This document shows positions 19,667 through 28,695 of a stretch of DNA of 64,000 nt, piece by piece. The stretch spans positions 11,695 through 75,694 of IMG/VR virus record IMGVR_UViG_3300012984_000001; one strand, 5' to 3'. The first letter of the stretch is position 1. The number at the start of each line of letters is the position of its first letter. Position numbers and translations under genes: made by a program. This DNA is from a virus. A model generated the notes under the pieces. It was not told the origin of the DNA and searched no databases. It saw nothing but the letters and a program-made list of their open reading frames with translations.

Positions 19667-20722
19667 TTATTTTTCTTCTTTATTAAAGTAACATAAGTAA
19701 TAATACATCTGCTTTTGGTCGTCCCAACCCTTCTCGAAGAACTTTTCAGCACTTTCCGGATTAACAAAGTCAAGTTTTATTGTCATGCCGGTATCAAGAG
19801 AAATAGTTCCTTTCCATTTACGTCTAGCATCGGTTACTGCAGAGTTTGAAATAGGGAAACTTGAAATATCTTCGATGGAGTATTTTTCACCTTTATCTAC
19901 TTTATAGTTTTTGAATTCTGAAATTAAATCAGGATTGTCAAGCACTTCATTTAAGTAGCTAGTTTCTTCAAATTCGTCATTTTTAGCAAAGTAGTTCATG
20001 GAACGATTCATGAACATGACCTCTTCTTTTTTATCCTCGGCAGGAGCAACTACTTCTTTAGCAAAATCCTGAGCAAATTTTAGATATTTTTTAGTCAAGA
20101 AATTTTCGTCATGGAAAGCATCAACACCAAGAAAATGTTCCAACCAGTATCTGGCATCATATCGGTTACTGTCGATAGAAAGCACCTTATATCCTTCTTC
20201 TTTTTTGTAATTGAAAATCAAAACTCCTTTGTCAAGTTTGTCTAAGGAAATTCCTTGTTTGAAATTCATTTTCAAGTTATTGTCGTTTTCGTCAATCTCC
20301 AAGAAATCAGCTTGAATCTCACTTTTGAATACACCAATCGCGTCAACCACGTTATTATCAATACTTAAGTTTGTTAAGTAAGTCACATAAACTTCACCCG
20401 ATTTGATATGCGGATGATTTGAAACCTCATACAAATGCTTTGTAATTTGTTTTGATGCATCCACAATGCAATTTGGATTATCAAAAATCTGTGAAGCATA
20501 TTTGTACATTTCGTTGTAGTCCAAATCTACTTCATGTGCAAACTGATAATAATTTTCTTCTTTTTCTCTGAATGGTTTAAAAAAGAACTCTTTAATTAAT
20601 GGCTGAACTTCATCTTCTAAACGATAAGTTTCGTTTGATAGAAAAATAGGTTCGTTTCGGCTTTTGTTCCCAATCTTGTGGAGAACTAAATCATTGATTT
20701 GTAAATTAAATAGATTTATCAT
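19667..20722 (-). CDS. Nucleoid-associated protein, NA37 (YejK/NdpA) family, Flavobacterium-like
   Basis: HKIGNKSRNE, HLYEVSNHPHIKSGEVYV, GVFKSE, KLDKGVLIF, ARYWLEHFL, YFNKEE. Confidence 0.85.
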   Translation of the reverse strand: MINLFNLQINDLVLHKIGNKSRNEPIFLSNETYRLEDEVQPLIKEFFFKPFREKEENYYQFAHEVDLDYNEMYKYASQIFDNPNCIVDASKQITKHLYEVSNHPHIKSGEVYVTYLTNLSIDNNVVDAIGVFKSEIQADFLEIDENDNNLKMNFKQGISLDKLDKGVLIFNYKKEEGYKVLSIDSNRYDARYWLEHFLGVDAFHDENFLTKKYLKFAQDFAKEVVAPAEDKKEEVMFMNRSMNYFAKNDEFEETSYLNEVLDNPDLISEFKNYKVDKGEKYSIEDISSFPISNSAVTDARRKWKGTISLDTGMTIKLDFVNPESAEKFFEKGWDDQKQMYYYLCYFNKEEK

Positions 20723-20738
20723 TTGTTAAATTTAAAGA

Positions 20739-21650
20739 TTAAACAGGTTCTTGATTTTCGGGTTCTTCATATTCATTAAAAACACGGTCTATGATTGTGT
20801 TTAAATGGTGGCTATTTAGTTTTTCTGGTTTAATGCCTCTAAGAATATCTATTAATACCGCAAAATAAGCAACATCAACTCCAATTAATTGTTCTTCTAA
20901 AACTTCTGGATTTCTTAAATCCAAGTCGCTTACTTGAAACATCATCTTAAGCATTTCCCCGGCATTGATTGTCCAACCTCGATGAATGAATTTTTTAAGA
21001 CGGATAATTGATGTAAGAGGATAAAGACTGCCTTGATATTTTAGAGTTTTTGTCAAAATCGATTCCAGGGCCAATTTATTTGTCACAAGTCCTTCATCAA
21101 AAGTAAAATAGTTTGTAGCATGGATGAAATCGAATGTTTTGTGAATTTGTTCAGAATCACCGTGAAATCTTAAAACAATCTGAATATCGTCAGTAAGAGA
21201 AATAGCGTTTTGAGAAAGAAATGATACTTGATATTTTAAAGGCTTTCCCTCTGAATCATTTTTCAAGTCTTTTCTCTCTCCAATAGATTGGATATTTAGT
21301 TTTACTTGGTCTTCTTTCAAAGTCTTAAGACGTACTCCCATTTCGGAATTATCATCTTCTATATTGTAGGCAGAATTTTCACTGTGATTTTCAATATATT
21401 TATCACGTTTTCTACCATCCAATATTTCTTCATCACGAACATAATATTTTGCTAGTCTAATCAAAACATTCATGTCTTTTATGTAAATATCATAATCGTT
21501 CACAGGAATGTTTAACAGCATAGAAGTTATAGAACCTCCCGATACAAGAAGATTGTTTTTAACGTCTTTACGTAAATCAGAATCAGTAATTGACTCTAGC
21601 CAATCTTCTAGTTTTGTAACTAGAATTTTTTTAATAGTTTTTAATTGCAT
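20739..21650 (-). CDS. Pol-beta superfamily nucleotidyltransferase
   Basis: LVSGGSITSMLL...NDYDIY (hGG...DxD) and FDFIH motif. Confidence 0.75.
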   Translation of the reverse strand: MQLKTIKKILVTKLEDWLESITDSDLRKDVKNNLLVSGGSITSMLLNIPVNDYDIYIKDMNVLIRLAKYYVRDEEILDGRKRDKYIENHSENSAYNIEDDNSEMGVRLKTLKEDQVKLNIQSIGERKDLKNDSEGKPLKYQVSFLSQNAISLTDDIQIVLRFHGDSEQIHKTFDFIHATNYFTFDEGLVTNKLALESILTKTLKYQGSLYPLTSIIRLKKFIHRGWTINAGEMLKMMFQVSDLDLRNPEVLEEQLIGVDVAYFAVLIDILRGIKPEKLNSHHLNTIIDRVFNEYEEPENQEPV

Positions 21651-21665
21651 TTGTGTTTGATTAAG

Positions 21666-22913
21666 TTAAATTGAATTCCATTTTTTATGCAGAGTTTCTG
21701 CGTGTTCTTGTTTGCTAACCTTATTGTAGTGGAGTAACATTTTACTGTCTTTGCTCCATCCCATAATTGTGGAAAGCACAGAGTCTTCTACTTTTCCGTA
21801 ATTTAAAGTTGCGAATGATTTTCTTCCGACATGAGAACTGATTAATAAGTATTTCTTGTAGTATCCAAACTTTTTGCGCTTAAGTTTATTATCAAACAGT
21901 TTCCCATACATCATATTATCTATTCCGGCTAATTGGCAGACTATTTTTATATTGATGTTAAATTCAGTTTTGCTGATTTTTGGTGGCAAGTTCCCGAAAT
22001 TAGAATCAAGTATGTTTTGAATTACAGAATGAACGGGTATGACTACTTTTGCTCCGGTTTTCTGTGTTTTAATTTTGATAAAACCATCTGAAATGTTCGA
22101 AGTATCTAGTTTTAGAAAATCTGACGCGCGCAATCCAGTGTATGCTGATATCAGAAAGTTTTGCTTAGTAATATCCAATTCATAGTGTTCCGAAAAGTCG
22201 TAATCGATAATTTTTTGAATTTCGGCTTCCGATAAATAAACTCCTTCTAAATCATCATCTTTATCAAAATAGATTCTTTGTGTAAACGATTTATCTACTT
22301 CGATATTGTGTTCAAGCGCGCGATTAAGGAAAAAGCGGAACCGGCCAATGTGTCTTTCGATTGTAGATACTTGGTAAAACTCAGTTTCCAGATAGTCGGC
22401 AAACGACTTTAAATCATTAATACGGATATTTCTTAGCTGTAGTTTTTCTCCGATTACTGCTTCATACTCCGAAACTATCTGCATAAACTTTTTGTACTGA
22501 TTTTGAAGCGGAATACCCATTTTCTTTTTAGCGGAAACATTCCAATTATCAGCCTCGTTTTCGAGCCACCACAATGCAAAATCACATAGATAAATAGTGT
22601 GATTTGGATTGAATAGATTTGCTTCTTCTTTTGGGCGATTAAAGCTGTTTTTGATAACTTTTTCAAGCCACGCTTTGTCGGTCAAAATGCCTTTGCAAAA
22701 ATCAGTATTGTATGCTTTAAGAATATCAGTTTTAAGTTGCTGAATAGAAATATTCACTTCTGGATTATCTATTACACTTTGATTTTCCGCATCCCATTCC
22801 GAATCATGTAACATAATATTTGTGCTACATGAAATGTCCAAACGAGAAAAACGTATTCTTACAAGGAGTTTCTTCACCTCCTTTCTGCCTTGTAAACTAT
22901 ATGTTATGTTCAT
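21666..22913 (-). CDS. Tyrosine recombinase/integrase (Bacteroidota type)
   Basis: Arm-binding and SAM-like N-terminus; catalytic R (TGLRASD), K (KTQKT), HVGR, GW, Y (LLHY). Confidence 0.9.
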   Translation of the reverse strand: MNITYSLQGRKEVKKLLVRIRFSRLDISCSTNIMLHDSEWDAENQSVIDNPEVNISIQQLKTDILKAYNTDFCKGILTDKAWLEKVIKNSFNRPKEEANLFNPNHTIYLCDFALWWLENEADNWNVSAKKKMGIPLQNQYKKFMQIVSEYEAVIGEKLQLRNIRINDLKSFADYLETEFYQVSTIERHIGRFRFFLNRALEHNIEVDKSFTQRIYFDKDDDLEGVYLSEAEIQKIIDYDFSEHYELDITKQNFLISAYTGLRASDFLKLDTSNISDGFIKIKTQKTGAKVVIPVHSVIQNILDSNFGNLPPKISKTEFNINIKIVCQLAGIDNMMYGKLFDNKLKRKKFGYYKKYLLISSHVGRKSFATLNYGKVEDSVLSTIMGWSKDSKMLLHYNKVSKQEHAETLHKKWNSI

Positions 22914-22926
22914 GGTGACTAGTTTT

Positions 22927-23361
22927 TTAGTTTGTACTTAAATCTGTTACAGAATAATCTTGAATTAATTCCTTAGTTTTAAGATAATGTAAAAGTTGTT
23001 TTTCAGAAGAAAAATAAGCTGATTCCAAGAAACCAGAATCCCAACCTAAAGTTTCGAGATAATCTTTTCTTTCTTTTTCGGTTAATGGGTTATTATTAAC
23101 TAATTCTGAAAGAAAATCATGTAACAAAACAGTCGTATATTCTTCTGTATTATCCCAATTTCGAACATTTCTAAAAATAGCTTCTTCCAAGAAGAATCTA
23201 TCTGCTAATTGTTGTTTTTTAATTTCAGAAATCACATCATTATAAATTTCAACATCGTTTTCAATGAAAAATCTTGTGGTTTTTCCAATCGCATTATCCT
23301 GTGCTATTTCGTCAAGAACTAAATCCCTTTTGTTTTCTATGATTTTCAATAAATTACTCAT
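22927..23361 (-). CDS. Hypothetical protein
   Basis: 144-aa ORF in the operon. Confidence 0.6.
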   Translation of the reverse strand: MSNLLKIIENKRDLVLDEIAQDNAIGKTTRFFIENDVEIYNDVISEIKKQQLADRFFLEEAIFRNVRNWDNTEEYTTVLLHDFLSELVNNNPLTEKERKDYLETLGWDSGFLESAYFSSEKQLLHYLKTKELIQDYSVTDLSTN

Positions 23362-23368
23362 TTTTCTA

Positions 23369-23581
23369 CTATTTAGGCTCGTTACTAATTAATTCCTTCA
23401 AAACTTTTAAATTATTTCCGGCAATAGAGCCAGGAATAACACCAGATTTTCTCCACGAAATAAGTCCGTGGGTCATTATCTTTTTATTTGCTAGTTTCAA
23501 GCAAAGTTTCTGAAACATTGGAGCTAGTTTTTTGTATGCTTCCGTTGCCTCGATATTGGCATTCGTTACAATAGTTTCCAT
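23369..23581 (-). CDS. Hypothetical protein
   Basis: 70-aa ORF in the operon. Confidence 0.55.
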   Translation of the reverse strand: METIVTNANIEATEAYKKLAPMFQKLCLKLANKKIMTHGLISWRKSGVIPGSIAGNNLKVLKELISNEPK

Positions 23582-23585
23582 AAGT

Positions 23586-23831
23586 TTATTTGTTTTTTGA
23601 GTGAGAAGAAATGAGTTTCAATAAATCAATGTCCATAGCGGAAAGAATGGCGCAAACTTTGCTAAATCTAACTTCTTTATGAAACCCATTTTCTATTTTT
23701 GAAATCAATCCACTTAAATTAGTATTACCTGACATTTCTATAGATAAATCTTTTTGTGTCAGCTTTTTGTTTTTTCGTATTTCTTTTAGAATTGCGCCAA
23801 TCTGTGATGCAGTATTTTTTTCTTTAATCAT
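23586..23831 (-). CDS. XRE-family HTH regulator
   Basis: IGAILKEIRKNKKLTQKDLS...ISKIENG; likely start ATG at 23831. Confidence 0.8.
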   Translation of the reverse strand: MIKEKNTASQIGAILKEIRKNKKLTQKDLSIEMSGNTNLSGLISKIENGFHKEVRFSKVCAILSAMDIDLLKLISSHSKNK

Positions 23832-23835
23832 ATTT

Positions 23836-24615
23836 TTATTGATTAATATTAAAGAATTTTGCAAATTCTGAACTACCGTAATTGCCTTTAGTGAGCGTGC
23901 AAATTTCGATAACAGAAAGTTGTTTTCTTTTTATCTCTTTGCTCTCAATGAAATTACGCGTGCCAGTTGCGCAAGCCCCTGTAATAACACGGTACATTTC
24001 AATACATTTTTCAAAAGAATGTTTTTGATTCACGTCAATTCCTTCAAACTCGGATTTGTCTCTATTTGAGATTTTGTAAATCAAATCTTCTTTGGCTTCT
24101 TTTATTGTTTCGCCATGTGCAAACTTCCCATTGCCATCACTAACCAGATAATAAGAGTTGTTTTTATTTACATCTTTAAGTTTATAGATATTCCCTTTTA
24201 CAATTACTACTTCTGAAAATCTACTATCGCAAAAGATATATTCCTTACCATTTTTTTTCCACTTCAATAATTTTAAAGATGGAGTATTTTGATATTCAAA
24301 ACTTGATTTGTTGAATCCATCAGGAATTGAAGTCAGGCTTCCGAGGTCAAGATAATATCCGACAGTCGGGTTGAATCCATCAGGAATTGAAGTCAGACTT
24401 CCGAGGTAAAGAGAACCTCCGACAGTCAGGTTGAATCCATCAGGAATTGAAGTCAGGCTTCCGAGGTCAAGATAATCTCCGACAGTCGGGTTGAATCCAT
24501 CAGGAATTGAAGTCAGGCTTCCGAGGTCAAGAGAACCGCCCACGGGTTCAATACCATAAAATTGCTGTTCTGTAATGTTTGCGTATTTCAAAAAATCTAA
24601 TATTTCTTTTTTCAT
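23836..24615 (-). CDS. Protein with 20-aa LRR/solenoid-like repeats
   Basis: Four copies of (V)GxxLxLGSLTSIPDGFNPT; C-terminal YRVITGAC domain. Confidence 0.75.
   Translation of the reverse strand: MKKEILDFLKYANITEQQFYGIEPVGGSLDLGSLTSIPDGFNPTVGDYLDLGSLTSIPDGFNLTVGGSLYLGSLTSIPDGFNPTVGYYLDLGSLTSIPDGFNKSSFEYQNTPSLKLLKWKKNGKEYIFCDSRFSEVVIVKGNIYKLKDVNKNNSYYLVSDGNGKFAHGETIKEAKEDLIYKISNRDKSEFEGIDVNQKHSFEKCIEMYRVITGACATGTRNFIESKEIKRKQLSVIEICTLTKGNYGSSEFAKFFNINQ
24310..24543. repeat. 60-bp in-frame tandem repeat (~3.9 copies)
   Basis: GTTGAATCCATCAGGAATTGAAGTCAGRCTTCCGAGGT recurs at 24310, 24370, 24430 and 24490. Confidence 0.95.
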
Positions 24616-24755
24616 GATTTATATTTTTAAGTTTAAAATTTAGGCATAAATGATTTACCATTGCTCAAAGTTTCTGTAATAGTATCAGAGAGCAAATAAA
24701 GTGTTCCAAAGAACAAAAATAGTCCGATAATAGTGAGTGTTGTTATCATGGCTTT

Positions 24756-25031
24756 TTAGTTTGTTGATTCTAATTGATGAATAATTTTTACAGGTTTTTC
24801 AGTTGGATAAACTTCTTCTATTTTAAAACAAATAGCAGAATATTCCGTTCTAGTTTTTCGCATTACATCACCTAATTGCCTATTTAATGCCTCGCTAACT
24901 TCTAATGTGTGTTTAACATCTGATTTGAAAAGCATATATTTTAAAATGGCTTCGGCTTCTTGTTCTGCAGTTAGTTTTTCATTTGTGAAATGATTAACCA
25001 ATTTCACAAAGTATAGCAATAATTTTTTCAT
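24756..25031 (-). CDS. Hypothetical protein
   Basis: 91-aa ORF in the small early gene array. Confidence 0.6.
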   Translation of the reverse strand: MKKLLLYFVKLVNHFTNEKLTAEQEAEAILKYMLFKSDVKHTLEVSEALNRQLGDVMRKTRTEYSAICFKIEEVYPTEKPVKIIHQLESTN

Positions 25032-25139
25032 AATTAAAGTAAATTACAAGTACAAAAAGTACGATTAGTAAAACAATGAAGTTGTATTTGTGTTCTGCTT
25101 CATTTTCGTAGTCTGGTCTTTCGAATTTCATAAGATAGG

Positions 25140-25322
25140 TTAGTTTGCTAGTTCTACAAAATTGGCAAAAACTTTACTCGAAATAGTGCCTAATCTTTTG
25201 CGTGTTTTAGGCGAATAAACATGATGCATTTCGCGAATCTGTTCAGCGTAAATTTCATCTGTTTCAATAATTAAAACTCTCTCTAATAAAGAGAATGACT
25301 GAGATACTTTATATTTTTTCAT
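25140..25322 (-). CDS. Hypothetical protein
   Basis: 60-aa ORF, A-rich upstream region. Confidence 0.55.
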   Translation of the reverse strand: MKKYKVSQSFSLLERVLIIETDEIYAEQIREMHHVYSPKTRKRLGTISSKVFANFVELAN

Positions 25323-25627
25323 GGTATTTGATTTTAAGTGTTAGTTAATTGTTTATATGTAATATATTGCCAATAATAAGGTGATTCTTTCGAATAGAAA
25401 AATTGTTCATCGGGAATGCTTTTAGCATACTCTTTTAGCTGATTTTTTATTTTTAAAATCGCTTTACGTGTTTTCTTAGATTGCTTAGACATAACTAATC
25501 TAGTTTTGTTGAATTAATAAATTTACTCCTGTTAGAAAAACTATTAAATCATAATGACTCAAAAAATGTCTTTCATAACTTCCAAAATCTAGGGTGTAAA
25601 ACCCGTCTTTAAATATTGGTTTCATAA

Positions 25628-25819
25628 CTATTTACGTTTTTTAGATTTCTTTAAATGAGTGTTTTTCTTTCTAGTTTTGCCCGTATTAGGCAAATTTTCT
25701 AAAACATGTCGTTGTAGTGGGTTTGCCGTTACTATTTTTTTATCTTCGATTTTGGAAGAATAAGAATCGCCATCGTACCAATAACCATAATAGCACTTTG
25801 AATTACTTTTGATTTGCAT
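25628..25819 (-). CDS. Hypothetical basic protein
   Basis: 63-aa ORF. Confidence 0.5.
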   Translation of the reverse strand: MQIKSNSKCYYGYWYDGDSYSSKIEDKKIVTANPLQRHVLENLPNTGKTRKKNTHLKKSKKRK

Positions 25820-25828
25820 AATTTTAGT

Positions 25829-26011
25829 TTAAAGTTGTGTTTCCCCGAATATAATAATCTCAATGTCCTGAACTTCGAAAGTGGTTTTATCCTGCTTTAA
25901 AACCTCCTTTGCTCTCTCTAAATAGAGCATTTGACAATACGCATAACCGCCCACAAAACCGAGGGCGATTACAAAAATATAAACCGATAATGCTATTATT
26001 AATTTTTTCAT
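25829..26011 (-). CDS. Small membrane protein
   Basis: N-terminal TM helix. Confidence 0.55.
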   Translation of the reverse strand: MKKLIIALSVYIFVIALGFVGGYAYCQMLYLERAKEVLKQDKTTFEVQDIEIIIFGETQL

Positions 26012-26340
26012 GACTTGTTATTTTTTAGTTTTCTTCTTCTTAGTAAATCTTTCCCGTGACGTGAAAGCATATATTTGCCATCGGTATTTATAGAAAATTT
26101 TCCATACATACCACCAACTCTAGTAATGGTAAATGAATTGTAAAGATTTTTCAAATTCATACCGTTCCACTTGCTATTTCGTACAACAAAGAAGTGTTTA
26201 TACTTACCTTTGAAGTTATTTGGTAATTTTATTGAAGTAGGCAGTTTTATTTTTACCTCGTCGGGTTTGTTTATTTGCCTACTTACTTGTTTTTCAAATC
26301 CTTTGTGTAATTTGGATTTGTGTTTTATATCCATTTTCAT
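26008..26340 (-). CDS. Hypothetical basic protein
   Basis: 110-aa ORF, ATGA overlap with the next gene. Confidence 0.55.
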   Translation of the reverse strand: MKMDIKHKSKLHKGFEKQVSRQINKPDEVKIKLPTSIKLPNNFKGKYKHFFVVRNSKWNGMNLKNLYNSFTITRVGGMYGKFSINTDGKYMLSRHGKDLLRRRKLKNNKS

Positions 26341-26359
26341 AATATTGGATTTTTTAGTT

Positions 26360-26764
26360 CTAATCTTCTATTTCTTCACTCTCAATTTCTTCTAACAATT
26401 CAGTGAAGAAATCATTTATTTCGTTTTCTAAATCTGCAAATTCTGAACTTGCATTTTGTGAAGCAAGCAAACTTGCTAATATTTCGCTACTTAAAGATTT
26501 AGGAGTATATCCCATTTCCTCGGCAATCTCTAAAGATTCTTTTAACGACGGGTCGTTTTCCTGCAAATATTTAATTGCAGTAGAATAGTAAATGATTTCA
26601 ATATCAAAGCCGTTGTTATCTTGTAACATTTCAAAAATGGAATCGTATGCGTTATCAAAATCAATATTGTCTAAATCTACATGATCCATAATTGATACCT
26701 CAGTAGGTAACCCGTTTAAGAATTCAGTAATTTTTTCGATTGTCGTATTTGTTAAATTGTTCAT
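26360..26764 (-). CDS. Acidic early protein (DUF7222-like / possible DNA mimic)
   Basis: 134 aa, very D/E-rich, IIYYSTAIKYL motif. Confidence 0.6.
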   Translation of the reverse strand: MNNLTNTTIEKITEFLNGLPTEVSIMDHVDLDNIDFDNAYDSIFEMLQDNNGFDIEIIYYSTAIKYLQENDPSLKESLEIAEEMGYTPKSLSSEILASLLASQNASSEFADLENEINDFFTELLEEIESEEIED

Positions 26765-26805
26765 GATAATAAGTATTAATGATTAATGTTATTTGATTGG
26801 CTAGT

Positions 26806-27024
26806 TTAGTTGATAAAACTAGCCGTAAAAAGTTTCTTTTGAATAATAGTTTTAGGCAGAAAGTTCCACCACATCAAATCAAACTCGTAAACTTGTTTTA
26901 CTGCTGATTCTGGAGCGCAATAAAGAGCGCAAAAGTTCTTAATTGCAACATCAAAACTACTTGCATTCGTTTTTAAAAAATGCTTGCCGTTATCGCTTTG
27001 GGTTTCTAGTAAAAAGTATTTCAT
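26806..27024 (-). CDS. Hypothetical protein
   Basis: 72-aa ORF. Confidence 0.55.
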   Translation of the reverse strand: MKYFLLETQSDNGKHFLKTNASSFDVAIKNFCALYCAPESAVKQVYEFDLMWWNFLPKTIIQKKLFTASFIN

Positions 27025-27054
27025 GATATTGAGTATTAGAATTAATGTTTATTT

Positions 27055-27255
27055 TTAATATGATTCATCTGCTTTTATGCCGTCTATTCTGTTATATTCT
27101 TCCATAATGCTTTTAAGATAGTCACAAACTTGTTTTTTAGTACGAAATTCTTTTTCCGTACCTTCTGCATAATTATGCACAGTTAATTCCTCACAACCGT
27201 ATATCTCTACTCTGTGAAATGATAACTTTGACAATAACTTTTGTATTTTTTTCAT
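27055..27255 (-). CDS. Hypothetical protein
   Basis: 66-aa ORF. Confidence 0.55.
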   Translation of the reverse strand: MKKIQKLLSKLSFHRVEIYGCEELTVHNYAEGTEKEFRTKKQVCDYLKSIMEEYNRIDGIKADESY

Positions 27256-27265
27256 AATGTTAGAT

Positions 27266-27502
27266 TTAAAGATAAACTCGATTGGATTCTCTATAATAAC
27301 CTTTATTTTTTAAAGTATCTGAAATAAGCATTTTAGCCGATGGAACAGATTTATTACAATATCCGCTATCAACTACATAATTAATTAAGTCAATTGTAGG
27401 AGTTGAGTAATTAAGGATTATATACTTCTTTAAGTCCTCAGTACTTTTGTGGATATTATTAAGTTTTTTTTCGTGCATAATCGCATCAAATAAATTTTTC
27501 AT
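27266..27502 (-). CDS. Hypothetical protein
   Basis: 78-aa ORF. Confidence 0.55.
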   Translation of the reverse strand: MKNLFDAIMHEKKLNNIHKSTEDLKKYIILNYSTPTIDLINYVVDSGYCNKSVPSAKMLISDTLKNKGYYRESNRVYL

Positions 27503-27525
27503 AATAAGTATATTTAAAGATTAAT

Positions 27526-27751
27526 AAAAAATGCTCGTCTTTCCGAGCCGTCAGTCTTATTGTAATTTGCAAGCTGTTCATCTTTATGCACCTGTCAAAG
27601 CTTGCTTTGAATCAATCATTACAACTAGCAACCTTACCGACAAGTAAAGAGAGTATGAAATTTGACAGGCTGGAAACGAAGGTCGCACCTCGTATCTTTT
27701 AAATTAGTTCCTCGATTCCGTTTCAAACGTAGCCTTATAGACAAATCGAGG
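27526..27751 (-). ncRNA. Candidate pseudoknotted structured RNA / leader
   Basis: Five helices visible: 27710-17/27744-51, 27676-82/27688-93, 27591-99/27661-69, 27560-66/27618-24, 27569-75/27599-605. Ends in hairpin GCUCGGAAAGACGAGC plus U-tract. Confidence 0.5.
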
Positions 27752-27757
27752 TTTGTA

Positions 27758-28003
27758 TTATATTAGTTTTCTTAATTGTTGCCCTAATAATGGGTAAGGG
27801 CGAAATCCTTTAGTTAGTACACGCCCACTTGAATCTATAGGAAATTCATTATTTTCATATACAATAGAATATCCTGATAGTTTTTGTTCTTTTATTTGAA
27901 TACAAACATCGTTAAATTCTAAAAGTCCGTGTATTTCTCCTATTGTTTCATTATTTAAAACTATCAGCGAAATAGGTTCTGTTATTCTGTTTATTTTTAT
28001 CAT
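27758..28003 (-). CDS. Hypothetical protein
   Basis: 81-aa ORF. Confidence 0.55.
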   Translation of the reverse strand: MIKINRITEPISLIVLNNETIGEIHGLLEFNDVCIQIKEQKLSGYSIVYENNEFPIDSSGRVLTKGFRPYPLLGQQLRKLI

Positions 28004-28356
28004 TTTAGTTTTTCTTTTAGTCGTTTAAAAAAAGGTAGTTCATAAATATTCAAAACACCACTTAAGCATTCATAATCATAATATAAATCATTTATTTTTA
28101 AAAACATATGATAATATGAACTGTAATTAAATTTAGGTATATCTTGTTGAATTTCTTCAAAATATTCTGTACTATCGCAAATAATACAGTCTTTTATAGT
28201 TTCAGCGTAATGGTATGCAAAAGCAGTACAACAACCGTTGTTAAATTCTACAGGATTTGCAATAGCCTTTTTGAACTCTTCAATTGTGTAATTCTCTTCA
28301 TTATTAGCAATAATAAAAATAGAGTCAATATCATTATTGGTTATTTGAATAGTCAT
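28000..28356 (-). CDS. Hypothetical protein (first gene of the leftward operon)
   Basis: 118 aa, NNGCCTAFA...HMFLK...YYD (papain/transglutaminase-like C/H/D spacing). Confidence 0.6.
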   Translation of the reverse strand: MTIQITNNDIDSIFIIANNEENYTIEEFKKAIANPVEFNNGCCTAFAYHYAETIKDCIICDSTEYFEEIQQDIPKFNYSSYYHMFLKINDLYYDYECLSGVLNIYELPFFKRLKEKLK

Positions 28357-28376
28357 AAGTGTGATATTTATAATTA

Positions 28377-28429
28377 GTGCCGTTCCTAGTCTCGCTTTAG
28401 GATGCTAGTCATTAACTATCAAACGGCTT
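28377..28429 (-). ncRNA. Small three-way-junction RNA, resembling the Flavo-1 motif as I recall it
   Basis: - strand AAGCCGUU-UGA-UAGUUAAUGACUA-GCA-UCCUA-AAGCGAGAC-UAGGA-ACGGCAC: closing stem plus two hairpins, one with a GCGAGAC loop. Confidence 0.5.
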
Positions 28430-28594
28430 GTTTTAGTTTCCCGCATTTCACCGACAGAAACTAATATTATAATTGTATCTCTAATAAATAGAGTAAATGT
28501 AATCTCGATAAATTAAGCGTGTAGCCTTTCGCGCACCCTGTACTGCTTGTCTAAATTAATAGTAAGTTTCTAAGATACTCCTAACACCGCTTTT

Positions 28595-28610
28595 CAATAT
28601 TTCAAAGAGT
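28595..28610 (-). promoter_or_regulatory. boxA-like antitermination element in the leader of the 22 kb operon
   Basis: - strand ACTCTTTGAAATATTG, ~90 nt downstream of the promoter at 28696-28726. Confidence 0.4.
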
Positions 28611-28695
28611 TCGCTAAGCTCATTTAGTTATCATTTGTGTACTTTCACTAAATCCTTTTGCTATAATTTGTATTAGTTGTTGTTCTAACACATGG

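Noticed and set aside
24310-24543. CRISPR array
   Set aside because: The 60-bp period is in frame inside a CDS, the intervening parts are near-identical rather than unique spacers, and there are no cas genes.
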